NCBI RefSeq assembly: GCF_963921235.1
Contig: NC_086105.1
Location: forward strand, 98,332,001-98,396,000
DNA length: 64,000 nucleotides
Direction of reading: 5' to 3'
DNA from: Mobula hypostoma
Taxonomy: Eukaryota
The stretch's first letter is position 1. Each line of letters starts with the position of its first letter. Both the position numbers and the translations under genes were made by a program. The notes beneath the pieces are model-generated. The model was not told the origin of the DNA and ran no database searches. It worked only from the letters and a program-made list of their open reading frames with translations. This document shows, in pieces, positions 10,733 through 22,465 of the stretch.

Positions 10733-12957
10733 GGAGAGGGATGGGAACAGACAAGTTAGGAAAGTGTTTAATCAGAGTAAGGGGAAATATGAGGCTATCA
10801 GGCAGGAACTTGGAAGCATAAATTGGAAACAGATGTTCTAAGGGAAATATACGGAAGAAATGTGGCAAATGTTCAGGGGATATTTGCGTGGGGTTCTGCA
10901 TAGGTACGTTCCAATGAGACAGGGAAAGGATGGTAAGCTACAGGAACCGTGGCGTACAAAGTCTGTTGTAAATCTAGTCAAGAAGAAAAGAAGAGTTTAC
11001 GAAAGGCTCAAAAAATTAGGTAATGATAGAGATCCAGAAGATTACAAGGCTAGCAGGAAGGAGCTTAAGAATGAAATTAAGAGAGTCAAAAGGGACCATG
11101 AGAAGGCCTTGGCAGACAGGATTAAAGAAACCCCCAAGGCATTCTAGAAGTATGTGAACAGCAAAAGGATAAGACGTGAGAGAATAGGACCAATCAGTGT
11201 GGCAGTGGAAAAGTGTGTGGAACCGGAGGAGATAGCAGAGGTACTTAATGAATACTTTGCTTCAGTATTCACTATGGAAAAGGATCTTGGCAGTTGTAGG
11301 GATGACTTACAGCAGACTGAAAAGCTTCAGCATGTAGATATTGAGGAAGAGGATGTTCTGGAGCTTTTGGAAAGCATCAGGGTGGATAAGTCACCTGGAC
11401 CGGACGCGCTGTACCCCAGACTACTGTGGGAGGTGAGGGAGGAGATTGCTGAGCCTCTGGCGATGATCTTTGCATCATCAATGGGGATGGGAGAGGTTCC
11501 GGAGGATTGGAGGGTTGCGGATGTTGTTCCCTTATTCAAGAAAGAGAGTAGAGGTAGCCCAGGAAATTATAGACCAGTGAGTCTTACTTCAGTGGTTGGT
11601 AAGTTGATGGAGAAGATCCTGAGAGGCAGGATTTATGAACATTTGGAGAGGCATAATGTGATTAGGAATAGTCAGCATGGCTTTGTCAAAGGCAGGTAAT
11701 GCCTTACGAGGCTGATTGAATATTTTGAGGATGTGACTGAACACATTGGTGAAGGTAGAGCAGTAGATGTAATGTACATGGATTTCAGCAAGGCATTTGA
11801 TAAGGTACCCCATGCAAGGCTTATTGAGAAAGTAAGGAGGCATGGGATCCAAGGGGACATCGCTTTGTGGATCCAGAACTGGCTTGCCCACAGAAGGCAA
11901 AGAGTGGTTGTAGATGGGTCATATTCTGCATGGAGGTTGATGACCAGTGGTGTGCCTCAGGGGTCTGTTCTGGGATCCCAACTCTTCGAGATTTTTATAA
12001 ATGACCTGGATGAGGAAGTGGAGGGATGTGTTAGTAAATTTGCTGATGATACAAAGGTTGGGAGTGTTGTGAATAGTGTGGAGGGCTGTCAGAGGTTACA
12101 ACGGGACATTGATAGAATGCAGAACTGGGCTGAGAAGTGGCAGATGGAGTTCAACCCAGATAAGTGTGAGGTGGTTCATTTTGGTAGGTCAAGTATAATG
12201 GCAGAATACAGTATTAATGGTAAGGCTCTTGGCAGTGCGGAGGATCAGAAGGATCTTGGGGTCCAAGTCCATAGGACACTCAAAGCTGCTGCGCAGGTTG
12301 ACTCTGTGGTTAAGAAGGAGTACGGTGCATTGGCCTTCATCAATTGTGGGATTGAGTTTAAGAGCTGAGAGGTAATGTTGCAGCGATATAGGACCCTGGT
12401 CAAACCCCGCTTGGAGTACTCTGCTCAGTTATGGTCGCCTCAACAAGAAGGATATGGAAACCATAGAAACTGTGTAGAGGAGATTTACAAGGAGGTTGCC
12501 TGGATTTGGGGAGCATGCCTTATGAGAATAGGTTGAGTGAACTTGGTCTTTTCTCCTTGGAGTGATGGAGGATGAGAGGTGACCTGATAGTGATGTACAA
12601 GATGATGAGAGGCATTGATTGTGTGGATAGTCAGAGGCTTTTTCCCAGGGCTGAAATGGCTAGCATGAGAGGGCACACTTTTAAGGTGCTTGGAAGTACG
12701 CACAGAGATGGCAGGGGTAAGTTTTTTACACAGGGAGTGGTGAGAGCATGGAATGGGCTGCCGGTGACGGTGGTGAAGGTGGAAATGATAGGGTCTTTTA
12801 AGAGACTTCTGGATAGGTACATGGAGCTTAGAAGAATGGAGGGCTATGGGTAACCGTAGGTAATTTCTAAGTTAAGAACAGGTTCGGCACAGCTTTGTGG
12901 GCTGAAGGGCCTGTATTGTGCTGTAGATTTTCTATGTTTCTATGTTTCTATGTTTTT
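10733..12957 (+). mobile_element. 5'-truncated CR1 LINE, relatively young (ORF2 RT with a few stops and frameshifts)
   Basis: KSPGPD, WRVADVVPLFKK, NYRPVSLTS, YMDFSKAFDKVPH, GVPQGSVLG and KFADDTK motifs; (TTTCTATG)n tail at ~12928-12956. Confidence 0.95.
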
Positions 12958-13104
12958 AAATCTGCCTCCATCTATCATCTGTCTGATGGTCTCCCAACAC
13001 AATCCACTCCCTCGCCAGTTCCCTACCTTACTCAGTCTCTCCAGTGTCCTTCATTCTCCCCTTCCCTCAGTCTACTAATCACCTTAGGCCCCTGCCTCAC
13101 CATT

Positions 13105-13432
13105 ACATAGTGAAAAAGGAGGCAGATGGAGGGAGACGAGGAGAGGGGAGGGTGGAGGTAGAGACAGTTTGATCATTGGGAACACAACGATCATCAGCAC
13201 TGGAGTCTGATGAGTCTGATGGGGAAGAAAGGTAGTACCGGAACCGAGGGGGAGAGGTAAAAGGCAGATGGAACCAGGACCAGATGGAGGGAGAGCCAGT
13301 GGGTGAACAATATGGGTAGAAGGCTGACGGAACTAGGAGGTGGACAAAAATCTTGATACAGAATTTTGACTTGAAACGTTGATAATTTCTTCTCCCCCAC
13401 AGATGCTGCTTGCCCCACCGAGTTCCTGCAGA
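13105..13432. mobile_element. Degraded Penelope-derived terminal repeat
   Basis: Purine-rich tract followed by GAAACGTTGAT..CACAGATGCTGCTTG..GAGTTCC, homologous to the other Penelope arms in the window. Confidence 0.6.
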
Positions 13433-14849
13433 AGACTGGTGCTTATATTCTACGCCCTGACCTCTGAAGACAAGCATGGCACACACCTTCCTCACCTGCA
13501 CTACCACTTCCATGGAGGTTTAGCAGGGTAGAGATCTTCTCTTCTGCTCCAGGAGCGTTCACACAATCAGCACATGATTAAGAAGGGTAAAACTCCACAC
13601 AGCAGCTGTGGCACTTCATCGATGTCACATAGTAACTGGCATCTTCATCTGTCTAGCCTGCCTATCTCTGGCTGGCATTCACGGTGAGCACCAATGCCCT
13701 CATCAGTATGACTGGCCTCTCATTCTGTGTGTGTGCTTTGTAGATGCATTTTTGAGTTCCAGCCTCAGGAGATTTATGTCTGACAGTGAGACTACTGTCC
13801 ATTGAGGCTCATTCCACCTGAAAGGGAAGTTCCTCCTTCATCGGGCTCAACGTGGAGGGGGCTTCCTCTGTTACAACCATTTGCAGCAGGGAGGGGGAGT
13901 ATCAATAGAACATCATCCAGAGAGGAAGGATATTTCCAGTCGGCACTAATCTGAGAAGTTTCTCACTTACATAGTTCAGGACCCAGACAATGCGAAACAC
14001 AACCTCAGCAGAAAAATACTTTTGTCAGCCATCAGACAGAGGATCTGTTACAAATTCAATTAATTCTCTGCCCCAGTGCAGAAGCGAGAGATCTCGTCGA
14101 CACAAGCCAACCCTCATTAATCCATCTCATTATTTTGTGACACACAATTAAAAGGTAAATTGCCGTATTGCAGTAAAATTCTTCAGCACCATTAAATCTG
14201 AAAATTAAATTTAATTTAAATCCTTTAATATCATATGGACCTCACCATTTTTTTAAGAAGAAGTAATTGAATAGGGGAAGGACTGAAACCTTTCATCGAC
14301 TCAAATATCTTCCGCTGTTGATCCAAATCCTCTTTGATCTGTCATTCCACTCTTCCACAATACCCTTCCTTAGAAAACATCCACTGACCACAGTTTCAAC
14401 ATCAGCAGTGTTTTGTGGGGAGATTTTTGATTCCCATTACCATCCTGTGAGAGTCTTCTTTTTAATTTCATTCCTGAATGACCTTGCTGCATTTTCCATT
14501 TTGTGAGCTGTTGTCCAGAATCTCATTCTTGTTTTTAACACTATGATTAGATTATTGCCTGACTTTCCAAGTTCAGGGAACTACAAGCCTAGTCCCGTTG
14601 CTTCGTATGTAGATTTTAAGCAGCACTTGCAGTGGAGCTGCAGCGGTGACGTCCAACACTTAACCACTTGAAAAATCATGTACCTTTCCGAGTATGCACA
14701 GCCCAGGACAAGATACAGGTAAGTTGGTGCTTTTTTTTATTATTGTATATTGAAGAACTTCGTTTCGCATGCCATTCTACAGAACTTTTAATTACAGCAG
14801 TCCATCACAGAAGTACAACACAAATGTGGAACTAGAATGCAGAATTAAT

Positions 14850-15300
14850 GAGGACTATGAGGAGACTTGGGTATGTCACCAAGGACTCTTACAAATTTCC
14901 ATAGGTGTATGGTGGAGAGCATTACAGCCTAGTATGGAGCCTCTGGTCCACAAGATCACAAGGTGCTACAGAGGGCTGTAGACTCAGCCAGATCCATCAC
15001 TGGCACAACCCTCCACACCACCAAGGACATGTCCAAGAGGCAGTGCATCAAAACGGCAGCATCCATCATTGAGAACCCAGACCATCCAGGACATGCTCTC
15101 TTCTCATTACTAGCATCAGGGAGGAAGTACAGGAAGTAAAGTTTAGGAACTGCTTTTTTCCCTCTGCCATCAGACTTCTGAATAGTCCACGAACTCGGGA
15201 ACACAATTCTTTTTTTTTGCACTATTCATTTATTTTAGTCATTTATATATTTTTATGTTTTTACATTGTACTACTGCTATAAAACAACACATCAGGATAA
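14850..15300 (+). mobile_element. Rex1/Babar LINE 3' end
   Basis: LQRAVDSARSITG and AASIIENPDHPGHALFSLLASGRKYR motifs. Confidence 0.8.
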
Positions 15301-15742
15301 TTAATCAGAGAATATCATGAACCCTTCAGACTGGCAAACTGCGGTGGGTAGCGACAGGCCTCGACACACCTGAGCATTATTTATTTGAGTTTATTAGGAT
15401 CGTTTAATGACTCCTTTTATCAATCAGCCGACACTGTGTTATTTGTGATGCTCATTATGTGAATACCGTTTCCTTATTCTTCTCATTCTTAAGTGATTAG
15501 TTTTTGATTTTGACCTTCACACATTTCCTGTGTTTTATGTTCTGTTTAAGGATATTCTGGACCAGTGATCATTGCTGAGTCCTGGATTCGAGTTCTGTGT
15601 GCTCAAGTACAGAGTAAGCGAACTGTTTAGTTTGATTATCCCTTGTATCATTCTTCAAATAAATCTTCTTTGTTAATTTCTACTACCGAATCCTGAGTTT
15701 ACTCCACACCCGGAAGATTGCTGGAGCAGGACTCAGCCAATC

Positions 15743-17072
15743 ATGGACCCGGCGGAGATGGATCAACTTCACACAGCATTGGTTTGTCAAGGTCAGGCAA
15801 CTGACTGGCTTGAGCAGCTTCTCCAGGAGATACCTGCATCATTGCAGAAGGACTCTGGTTTCGAGCACTCGCCTGTGTGTCTTGCTACCTGTCGCCAGAA
15901 TGGCCAGCTGATCCCGGAGCAGTGCAATGGGGAGCCTGAGTCTTCTTAAACCAGTGCTCCCTAGTCTTCAAATTGCAACCCACAATGTTCCTCTTGGACA
16001 GGAGTAAGGTGGCACATATAATTCCCTCCCCTCAACAGGGCACTTTCGTGGGCAACAACTTTATTGGAGAAGGACGCTCCAGATATAAATCTATCTCTAA
16101 GAATGATGAGGATATTTCATCCCACCGGGGGCTCAGAGGCAGCTGGAGGACTCCTCCGGCTACATCAGGGAGCACGATCCGTGGCCGACTGTTGCGTTCA
16201 ATTCCGTACCCTGGTTTTAGAAAACGGGTGGAACAATGAGGCTTTGGTTGCTCTGTTTGGACGGGGATTAAATCATCAGTTTAAGGACGCTCTTGCGACC
16301 AGGGACCAGGTGGAGGGTTTGGAAGAACTTATGGACATGGCCCTAAGAATCAATGACTGTAATTTTGAAAGAAGGAGGGAGAGACGTGGTGAGTTCACCC
16401 GGACGGCCGGTTGTCAGGACTACCCAACGCCTACCCAAGTTCCTCGGTCTGATAACCAACACAGTCACCTCCAGCAGAACCATGGAACTCAGAAGAAGCC
16501 GGGTCTCCCCAGTGGAGCGAGAGGGACATGCGAAGCAGAGGTGTTGCTTATACTGAGGTAAGACTTCCAAGTCAGCTGTTCCAAGTTGCCGGGAAAACTT
16601 CCAGAACTGTCCAGAGGGGAGAACTGTAATGGTCTCAAGTCCCTCTCCTGTTTTACTAGCCCTATTATCTTGGGGGAGACATCAACATCTGTGAGAGCTT
16701 TGGTGGACTCTGACTCGGTGGGAAATTTTTTGGACATTGGACTGCCAGAGAGATACCAAATTCCTAAGGTACGCTTTGACCAGCCTATCACTGCTGGGCT
16801 CTCAACTCAGGTCATCAGTTGAGTTGTTTCCTGACTGCTGAAGACTGGACTTGAACTCAATGGAGCTGTCTAGAGTGCATTCAGAGTATTCAGATTTGTT
16901 GGAGGTCTTCAGCAAGAGGAGAGTCATTACACTGACCCCATATAGGGACAACAATTGCACCATCAATTTACAACCTGGCACACGTCCTCCCCGGGAAGGC
17001 CTTATACCTTGTCCACTCCCGAGAGGCAAGCTATGGAGGAATATTCCATTAGTTTTGGCAGGGATCCTTTAG
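15743..17072 (+). pseudogene. Degenerate gag, protease and start of RT of the Sushi-like element
   Basis: MDPAE; LLRLHQGARSVADCCVQFRTL..GWNNEALVALFGRGLN..KDALA (Retrotrans_gag); ALVDSDSVGNFLD (aspartic protease); EYSDLLEVFSK...CTINLQPGTRPPR (pre-RT). Confidence 0.85.
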
Positions 17073-17084
17073 TTTACTTTCTTA

Positions 17085-17630
17085 TAGCCGGGGGTGGTAG
17101 TGGGAGCTTGTCCAATGGTATGTGCCTCAAATAGCCTCTGACAACCAAGTCCAGCTCCTGGCCTTCATGTGTGGCTTAGCCACGAAGCCCGACAGAACCA
17201 TTTCTACTGACAGGAGAAGGGGCAAAGACGAGCTCCTGGCACTTTAAAACCAGTCGCTTTGGGTAGATGGAGCTCGTTAGCTATGGTTGGCAGCTCATCC
17301 AGGAGGAGGAAAACTCTGATCTCGAACCTCCGCTGCCTTGCGGCTATATCCACTCATGGAGAAGGCTTTGGGAGTAAACTCCGAGGGAAAAATCCGGAGC
17401 TAGAGTCCCTAAGGCAGTCCTACATTGAGTTCAACACTCACTGGCAACTCCTGTGACACTGCTGGTACCAAATTGTATCAGTCTCTAATGTTCCTTTAGG
17501 TTCATCAGATGCATGATGAGAGGGAGCCTGCTACATGGGCAACAGTTTGTTCCACTGTACTGCCCTGGCTTGGGTACCTAGACAGCTAGGATGCAATATC
17601 CATGGTCAACCCGGACCAACGGAGGCCCTC
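17085..17630 (+). mobile_element. Non-coding interspersed repeat, probably RTE-related, between the RT remnant and the USP35 copy
   Basis: Distinct GC-richer block that resembles RTE-type 5' UTR repeats; family assigned from recognition only. Confidence 0.45.
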
Positions 17631-17744
17631 ACCTCTCTGTCTTTGCCCTGTGAGTCCATCAGGTAACTGTTTGATCTCAACTTGTAACTTTCCATAGACG
17701 GCATTTAAAAGTTGAATGTTTGTTGTATAGGAACCTTCAACTTC

Positions 17745-19565
17745 AGTCAAGTACATTCATGCAAGACATATTTAAAAGCAGAAAAAGATCCTCTCAACAG
17801 TAAGCAATGAATTGTCATGTTTGAGTTCTTTGCGTAGAATGATACACAATTCCAAAAGGATGTGGATGTATTTGATAGGCCATCAAAAGTATTAGCCACT
17901 GTAGTCCAGTATGTATGTGCCCTCAGAAATCATGGATGGGGTTATTCAAAACCTGATGAATGATGATTACATGATGGATATAGGGATGATGACTGCTTAG
18001 ACCAATATGATCGATTGGCTTTCATGGCCATTAGCCAATAACATAGATAGGTGGATTATTGGCTTACTGAAAGGTTAGACTGCTGTGAAAAAGTTCAGCA
18101 TTTTGATCCAAGTCACACTTTCAAAAATGGAACAGGTGTTCTCAAGGCTCCTTTCCCAGTTGTAAGAGCAGCAGCACCTGCTGTGCTGAAATACATGCTC
18201 TTAAGTTTCCAACATTCATCGGAAGCATTCCATGTGCTTGTTCCTCACATTCCCACATTAATGACATCACTCTCTAAAGAAGAGTCCAACTCTGCTACAA
18301 GCTGTCATCAACTGTCTGAATTGGTACACTGCATGATCTTCTAATTTTCGGGGTTCCCTGACTGATATGAACCTGTCACACGAGCACTAAAGGATTTTCT
18401 AATTTGAAATGAGGGAAAACTGTAGCAGCTGCTCAATGGCAATGTCTGCATGTCACAAGGAAGTACATTGGATGCTTTGTACTTTGTGCAAAGTCGGAGA
18501 GAGGAAAGACAGAACTGGCAGATCGTGGCAAAACCTGCTACAGGAATAGTTTCATTCAAGTCCTTTTCATGGCTTCTGACTTCAGGCATGCTGTTATGCT
18601 ACTCAAGGCAAGTGATTCACAGTCATTAATGTTGAAACTTCAATGGTTATTTCCTTTCCTGGAATATAGCCAGAGATCTGCCATCTCTCCCAGTAGCTTC
18701 TTGAAAGCTTCATCTCCTCCATGGTTTAATCAAGGGGAGCAACAGGACCATTAAGGTATCTATTGGACAAGCTACGTGAAGAAGAGAATACTAGTAAAGG
18801 AATTTCTCGTGAACAGAGACACTCAGGCAGTGAAACTTCTACAGAAGGTCAAGATCCTGAGAAAGCACTAATAGAAAGAATATTTGGTGGGAAGATGGGG
18901 ACTAGGATTCTTTGTCTTTGTTATCGCAATGTTTCCTTCCAAAAGGAAGCTTTTACAGACCTATCCCTGGCACTTCCACCACCTAACAAGGTTCTACAAA
19001 GGTGTGATCATTCAAGTGACCCTAGTATTTCAGTGAAGATAACTAGTGCACTTAATTTAGCATCACAAGTTGAGCAACAGCACGTGATTGCCAAGTCTCC
19101 AAGTAACCAGACAAAAAAAATCAGTGAGAGTGGTACCATTTGGAACAATTGGTACCCATGGAAAAGCAAAAGAGGGGACTGCAGCATCTAGAATTGCCAA
19201 AGAATGATTTTGTAGTAGCCTCTAGGGAGGAAACATGTAACTCAGCATATTGGTGATCAGTTTCTGACCTTATTCACTACTTTCTTTCACCAGAAATGCT
19301 ATCAGATGATAACAGATATTATTGCAATAGATGTACCTCATTACAGGAAGCAGAAAAGTGGTAAAATTAACTGGAAATCTGCATGATTTTATCTTGACGT
19401 TATTACGATTCTCCTTTGATTTTGCAACTATGAAATGCAGAAGTTTTCTGGATAACCTATCTGTCCCTTTAGTCATTAAACCACCCATTAGGATTAATTC
19501 AAAGGGTGAACAGAAAAATTGCAGCAGAAATCAATGATGGAGACTGGGAGAATGGAAACCTTTTT
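17745..19565 (+). pseudogene. USP35: Processed (intronless) pseudogene of ubiquitin-specific protease USP35, truncated at both ends
   Basis: Collinear peptides MIDWLSWPLANNIDRWIIGLLKG, VLKYMLLSFQHSSEAFHVLVPHIP, ELVHCMIF*FSGFPD*YEPV, GKTCYRNSFIQVLFMASDFRH (Cys box, C codon 18536-18538), LQWLFPFLEYSQRSAISP, IFGGKMGTRILCLCY..KEAFTDLSLALPPP, YFLSPEML..NRYYC, FILTLLRFSFD. Diagnostic residues fit USP35 better than its paralog USP38. Stops and frameshifts present; His box absent. Confidence 0.9.
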
Positions 19566-20111
19566 TAAAGGAAAGATGTCTCAGGATATTCTAGGCCCTC
19601 AATTAATCATGGACTTTCATAACAGATCGCCCTGGGCTGTCAGTGCTGGTTGGGGTCGGGGGATGTGGGAGTGGTCCTATCATGAACTCTTTGGAGACCA
19701 GCTAGGTGCATTGGGACCTGATGCACCTGAACATCATTTTTTAGAGCTTATTAGTGTTGTTTAATGACTACTTTTATCCTTAAGCTATCACTGTGTTTTT
19801 CGTGATGCTCGTTATGTGAATACGGTTCTCTTACGCTTCTCATTATTGTGATTAGATTTGATTTCAACCCCCGTGTCTTTCCTGTGTTTTATGTTCTATT
19901 TCAGGTTATTCTGGACCAGCCATCATCACTGAGTCCTGGATTCAAGTTCTGAGTGAACTACCATTCCTAGTGCACAAGTCCCAACTATGTGAGCTCTTAG
20001 TTTGACTATTCCTTGTATTATTCTCGGAATAGATCTTCATTGTTATTTTCTACTATCAAGTCCTGAGTTTACTCTGCACCCAGGTCTGCTCGTCTGAAGA
20101 CTGTTACAATG

Positions 20112-20510
20112 AAAGTGCAGTGCAGGCAGACAATAAGGCGCAAGGCGATGACGAGGTAGATTGCGAGATCAAGTGTCCATTCTATCGTGCCAGAGGACCA
20201 TTCATTTGTCTTATAACAGCAGGGTTGAAGCTGCTGTTAAGCCGAGTGGTACATGCTTTCAGGCTCGTATCTTCTGCCTGATGGAAGGGGGGATGAGGAG
20301 AGAACGTCTGATTATGTTGGCTGCTTAACCGAGGCAGCAATATGTGGTGTCAAAGTTCATGTATGGAAGGCTGGTTTCTGTAAAGTACTTAGCTGTGCCC
20401 ACATACCTCTGAAGTTTCTTGTGGTCACAGGCAGAACAGTTGCCAAACCAAGCCATGGTGCATCCAGATAGGATGCTTTCTGTGGTGCTGCAATAAAAAC
20501 TAGTGATGAG
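20112..20510 (-). mobile_element. Rex1/Babar LINE 3' end
   Basis: TSFYCSTTESILSGCTMAWFGNCSACDHKKLQR motif. Confidence 0.8.
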
Positions 20511-20644
20511 ACTGGGCTCAGCACTCAGGCTAGCATAGTCTGTCAGGAACCAACTACTCCCAATGTGTTTTCTCAGGGATTGAATAAAACAGCAACCCAT
20601 TAGAATATCTTTTTGGGAGGAGCTCCTGTTCCTTTCACTATCCA

Positions 20645-20876
20645 TGTCCCTCTCTCCCCCTACTCCCTCCCTCTCCCCTTTCTCCCCTCCTCCCCCTCTC
20701 CCCTCTCCCATACCCCCTTCCAATACCCCATCTCCCTCCCATTCCCCTCTCCCCCTCACCCTCCCTCCCCACCCTCTCCCTCTCACCGTCTCCCACTCTC
20801 CCACCCTCCCTCCCCACCCACTCCCTCTCACTGTCTCCCACTCTCCCACCCTCACCCCCACCCACTCTCTGCCCCT
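20645..20876. repeat. Polypyrimidine/polypurine low-complexity tract with an internal ~38-bp tandem duplication
   Basis: About 230 bp of almost only C/T; the unit CCCTCTCAC(C/T)GTCTCCCACTCTCCCACCCTC occurs twice. Confidence 0.85.
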
Positions 20877-21260
20877 GATATTTATTTGTGCGTTCTTACG
20901 TGCGCTACAGTTCACTTCGACTACAAAATTAATCATAGAATATGGTTGACAGAAATGAAATTGAATCTCTGCTCTGTGTGATGCAGTTGTGTTGTCAGTC
21001 CATATGTAACACTTGCACATTTAATGTCACACTGACAAAGTAAGTGTTGAAGAGTCTGTTGATTCATTGATCACAAAAGCAGGCCTTCACGGGAAGATGA
21101 ATGTCTGTTCAAATGTTAATTAAAAGACCCATCTTTACCTAGGCCATGGCAAGGCAGCTGTCACTGGGGTATCACCAATAGACCAGGTATCTCCTCCATT
21201 CCAATTAAACTGATTAACCCAAATCAAGTATACCTGTCAGGTCTGTGGCCCATTAAGACT

Positions 21261-21580
21261 ATGCCAGCCACGGTGCCCAGCCAGCTAGTGCCCCAGCCAT
21301 TGGCAATACCATGCCAACCACAGTGCCCAGCCAGTTGGCACGACGATGCCAACCATGGTGCCCAGCCAGTTGGCACGACGATGCCAACCATGGTGCCCAG
21401 CCAGCTAGTACCCCAGCCAGTTGGCAACACCATGCCAACCACAGTGCCCAGCCAGTTGGCAAGACCACACCAACCATGGTGCCCAGCCAGTTGGCAAGAC
21501 CGTGCCAATCATGGTGCCCAGCCAGCTAGTACCCCAGCCAGTTGGCAAGACCATGCCAGCCATGGTGCCCAGCCAACTAG
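21261..21580 (+). repeat. 35-bp minisatellite
   Basis: Unit ATGCCAACCATGGTGCCCAGCCAGTTGGCACGACG starts at 21311, 21346 and 21381; periodic GCTAGTACCCCAGCCA variant inserts. Confidence 0.9.
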
Positions 21581-22465
21581 TCGCAATTTCCTATATGTGG
21601 ACCATATCCCTCTTAAGCCCCACCCTCCACATATCTTTCCAAGTTCATCTTAAGTGAAACTCTTGTACCTGTTTGAACTAAATCCCCTGGCAGCTCATTC
21701 CACATATTCACCACTCTCCACATGAAAAGGTTGTCCCCAGGTCCTTTTTAAATCTTTTCCCTCTCACCTTGAATCTAGTATTGCACTCCACCACCCTAGG
21801 GAAAAAGACTGTTACCATTCACTTTATCTATAATTTTAAACATTTTCTGTAAGATCACCCTGCCCTCACCACAATTCTCCTACATTCTAAGGATTAAAAG
21901 CCCAGCCTCCATAATTCAGGCCCTCCTGTCATGGCGGTGTCCTCGTCAGTCTTTTCCCCACTCTTTCCAATTGAACCACATTTTTCCGATAACAGGGTGA
22001 CCCAAACCGTACACAGCACTCCAAGTGTGGCCTCACCAGTGAATTATACAACTGCAACTTTTTGTCCCAAGTCACTCTGTCTACCTGTAATGCCACTTTC
22101 AATAAACTATGCTCTTGTACACCTAGGTCCCTGTGTTCCATTACACTCCCTGATATTCTACCATTCATTATATAAGTCCTACTCTGGTTTGACTTGCGAA
22201 AATGCATCACCTCACATTTATCTGCATTGAAATCCCTAACTCAGCCCACTTCCCTAACTGATCAAGATCACCTTTTAATCTATGATAACCTTCTTTACTA
22301 CCAACAACCTCTCCCAATTTCATGTTTCTGATCAAGCATTGTGCATGATTGTCATTTATATAAATAACAAGGGTCCCAACACTGACTCGGTGGCAAAGTA
22401 CGAGTCACCGATCTCCATCTGAGAAACAACCTCCAGCCCTCTGCTTCCTATCTCAAAACCAATTC
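21581..22465 (-). mobile_element. Degraded CR1 LINE 3' portion
   Basis: LQLYNSLVRPHLECCVRFGSP, RDLGVQ and VMHF motifs. Confidence 0.82.

Larger units (their letters stand above)
15313..20108 (+). mobile_element. Sushi-like chromovirus (Ty3/Gypsy) LTR retrotransposon, defective and carrying cargo; LTRs at ~15313-15726 and 19678-20108
   Basis: Two diverged ~420-bp direct repeats, both starting TATCATGAAC, the 3' copy ending TGTTACA; gag starts MDPAE; G-rich PPT before 19678; chromodomain-tail motif QDILGPQLIMDFH at ~19582-19620. Confidence 0.88.

Noticed and set aside
13495-13820. Minus-strand coding exon with AG/GT ends
   Set aside because: All three frames contain stops and I recognise no homology.
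17745-19565. Functional USP35 or USP38 gene
   Set aside because: In-frame stops (e.g. 18342-18344, 18363-18365), frameshifts, an altered Cys-box context (GKTC instead of GNTC), no His box and no N-terminus; residues favour USP35 over USP38.
20325-21020. G/E/R-rich and P/S-rich ORFs
   Set aside because: Translations of the low-complexity purine/pyrimidine tract fused to a Rex fragment.
21261-21580. CRISPR array or repeat protein ORFs
   Set aside because: Units are head-to-tail with no unique spacers, there are no cas genes, and the context is eukaryotic; ORFs in several frames are a by-product of the tandem repeat.
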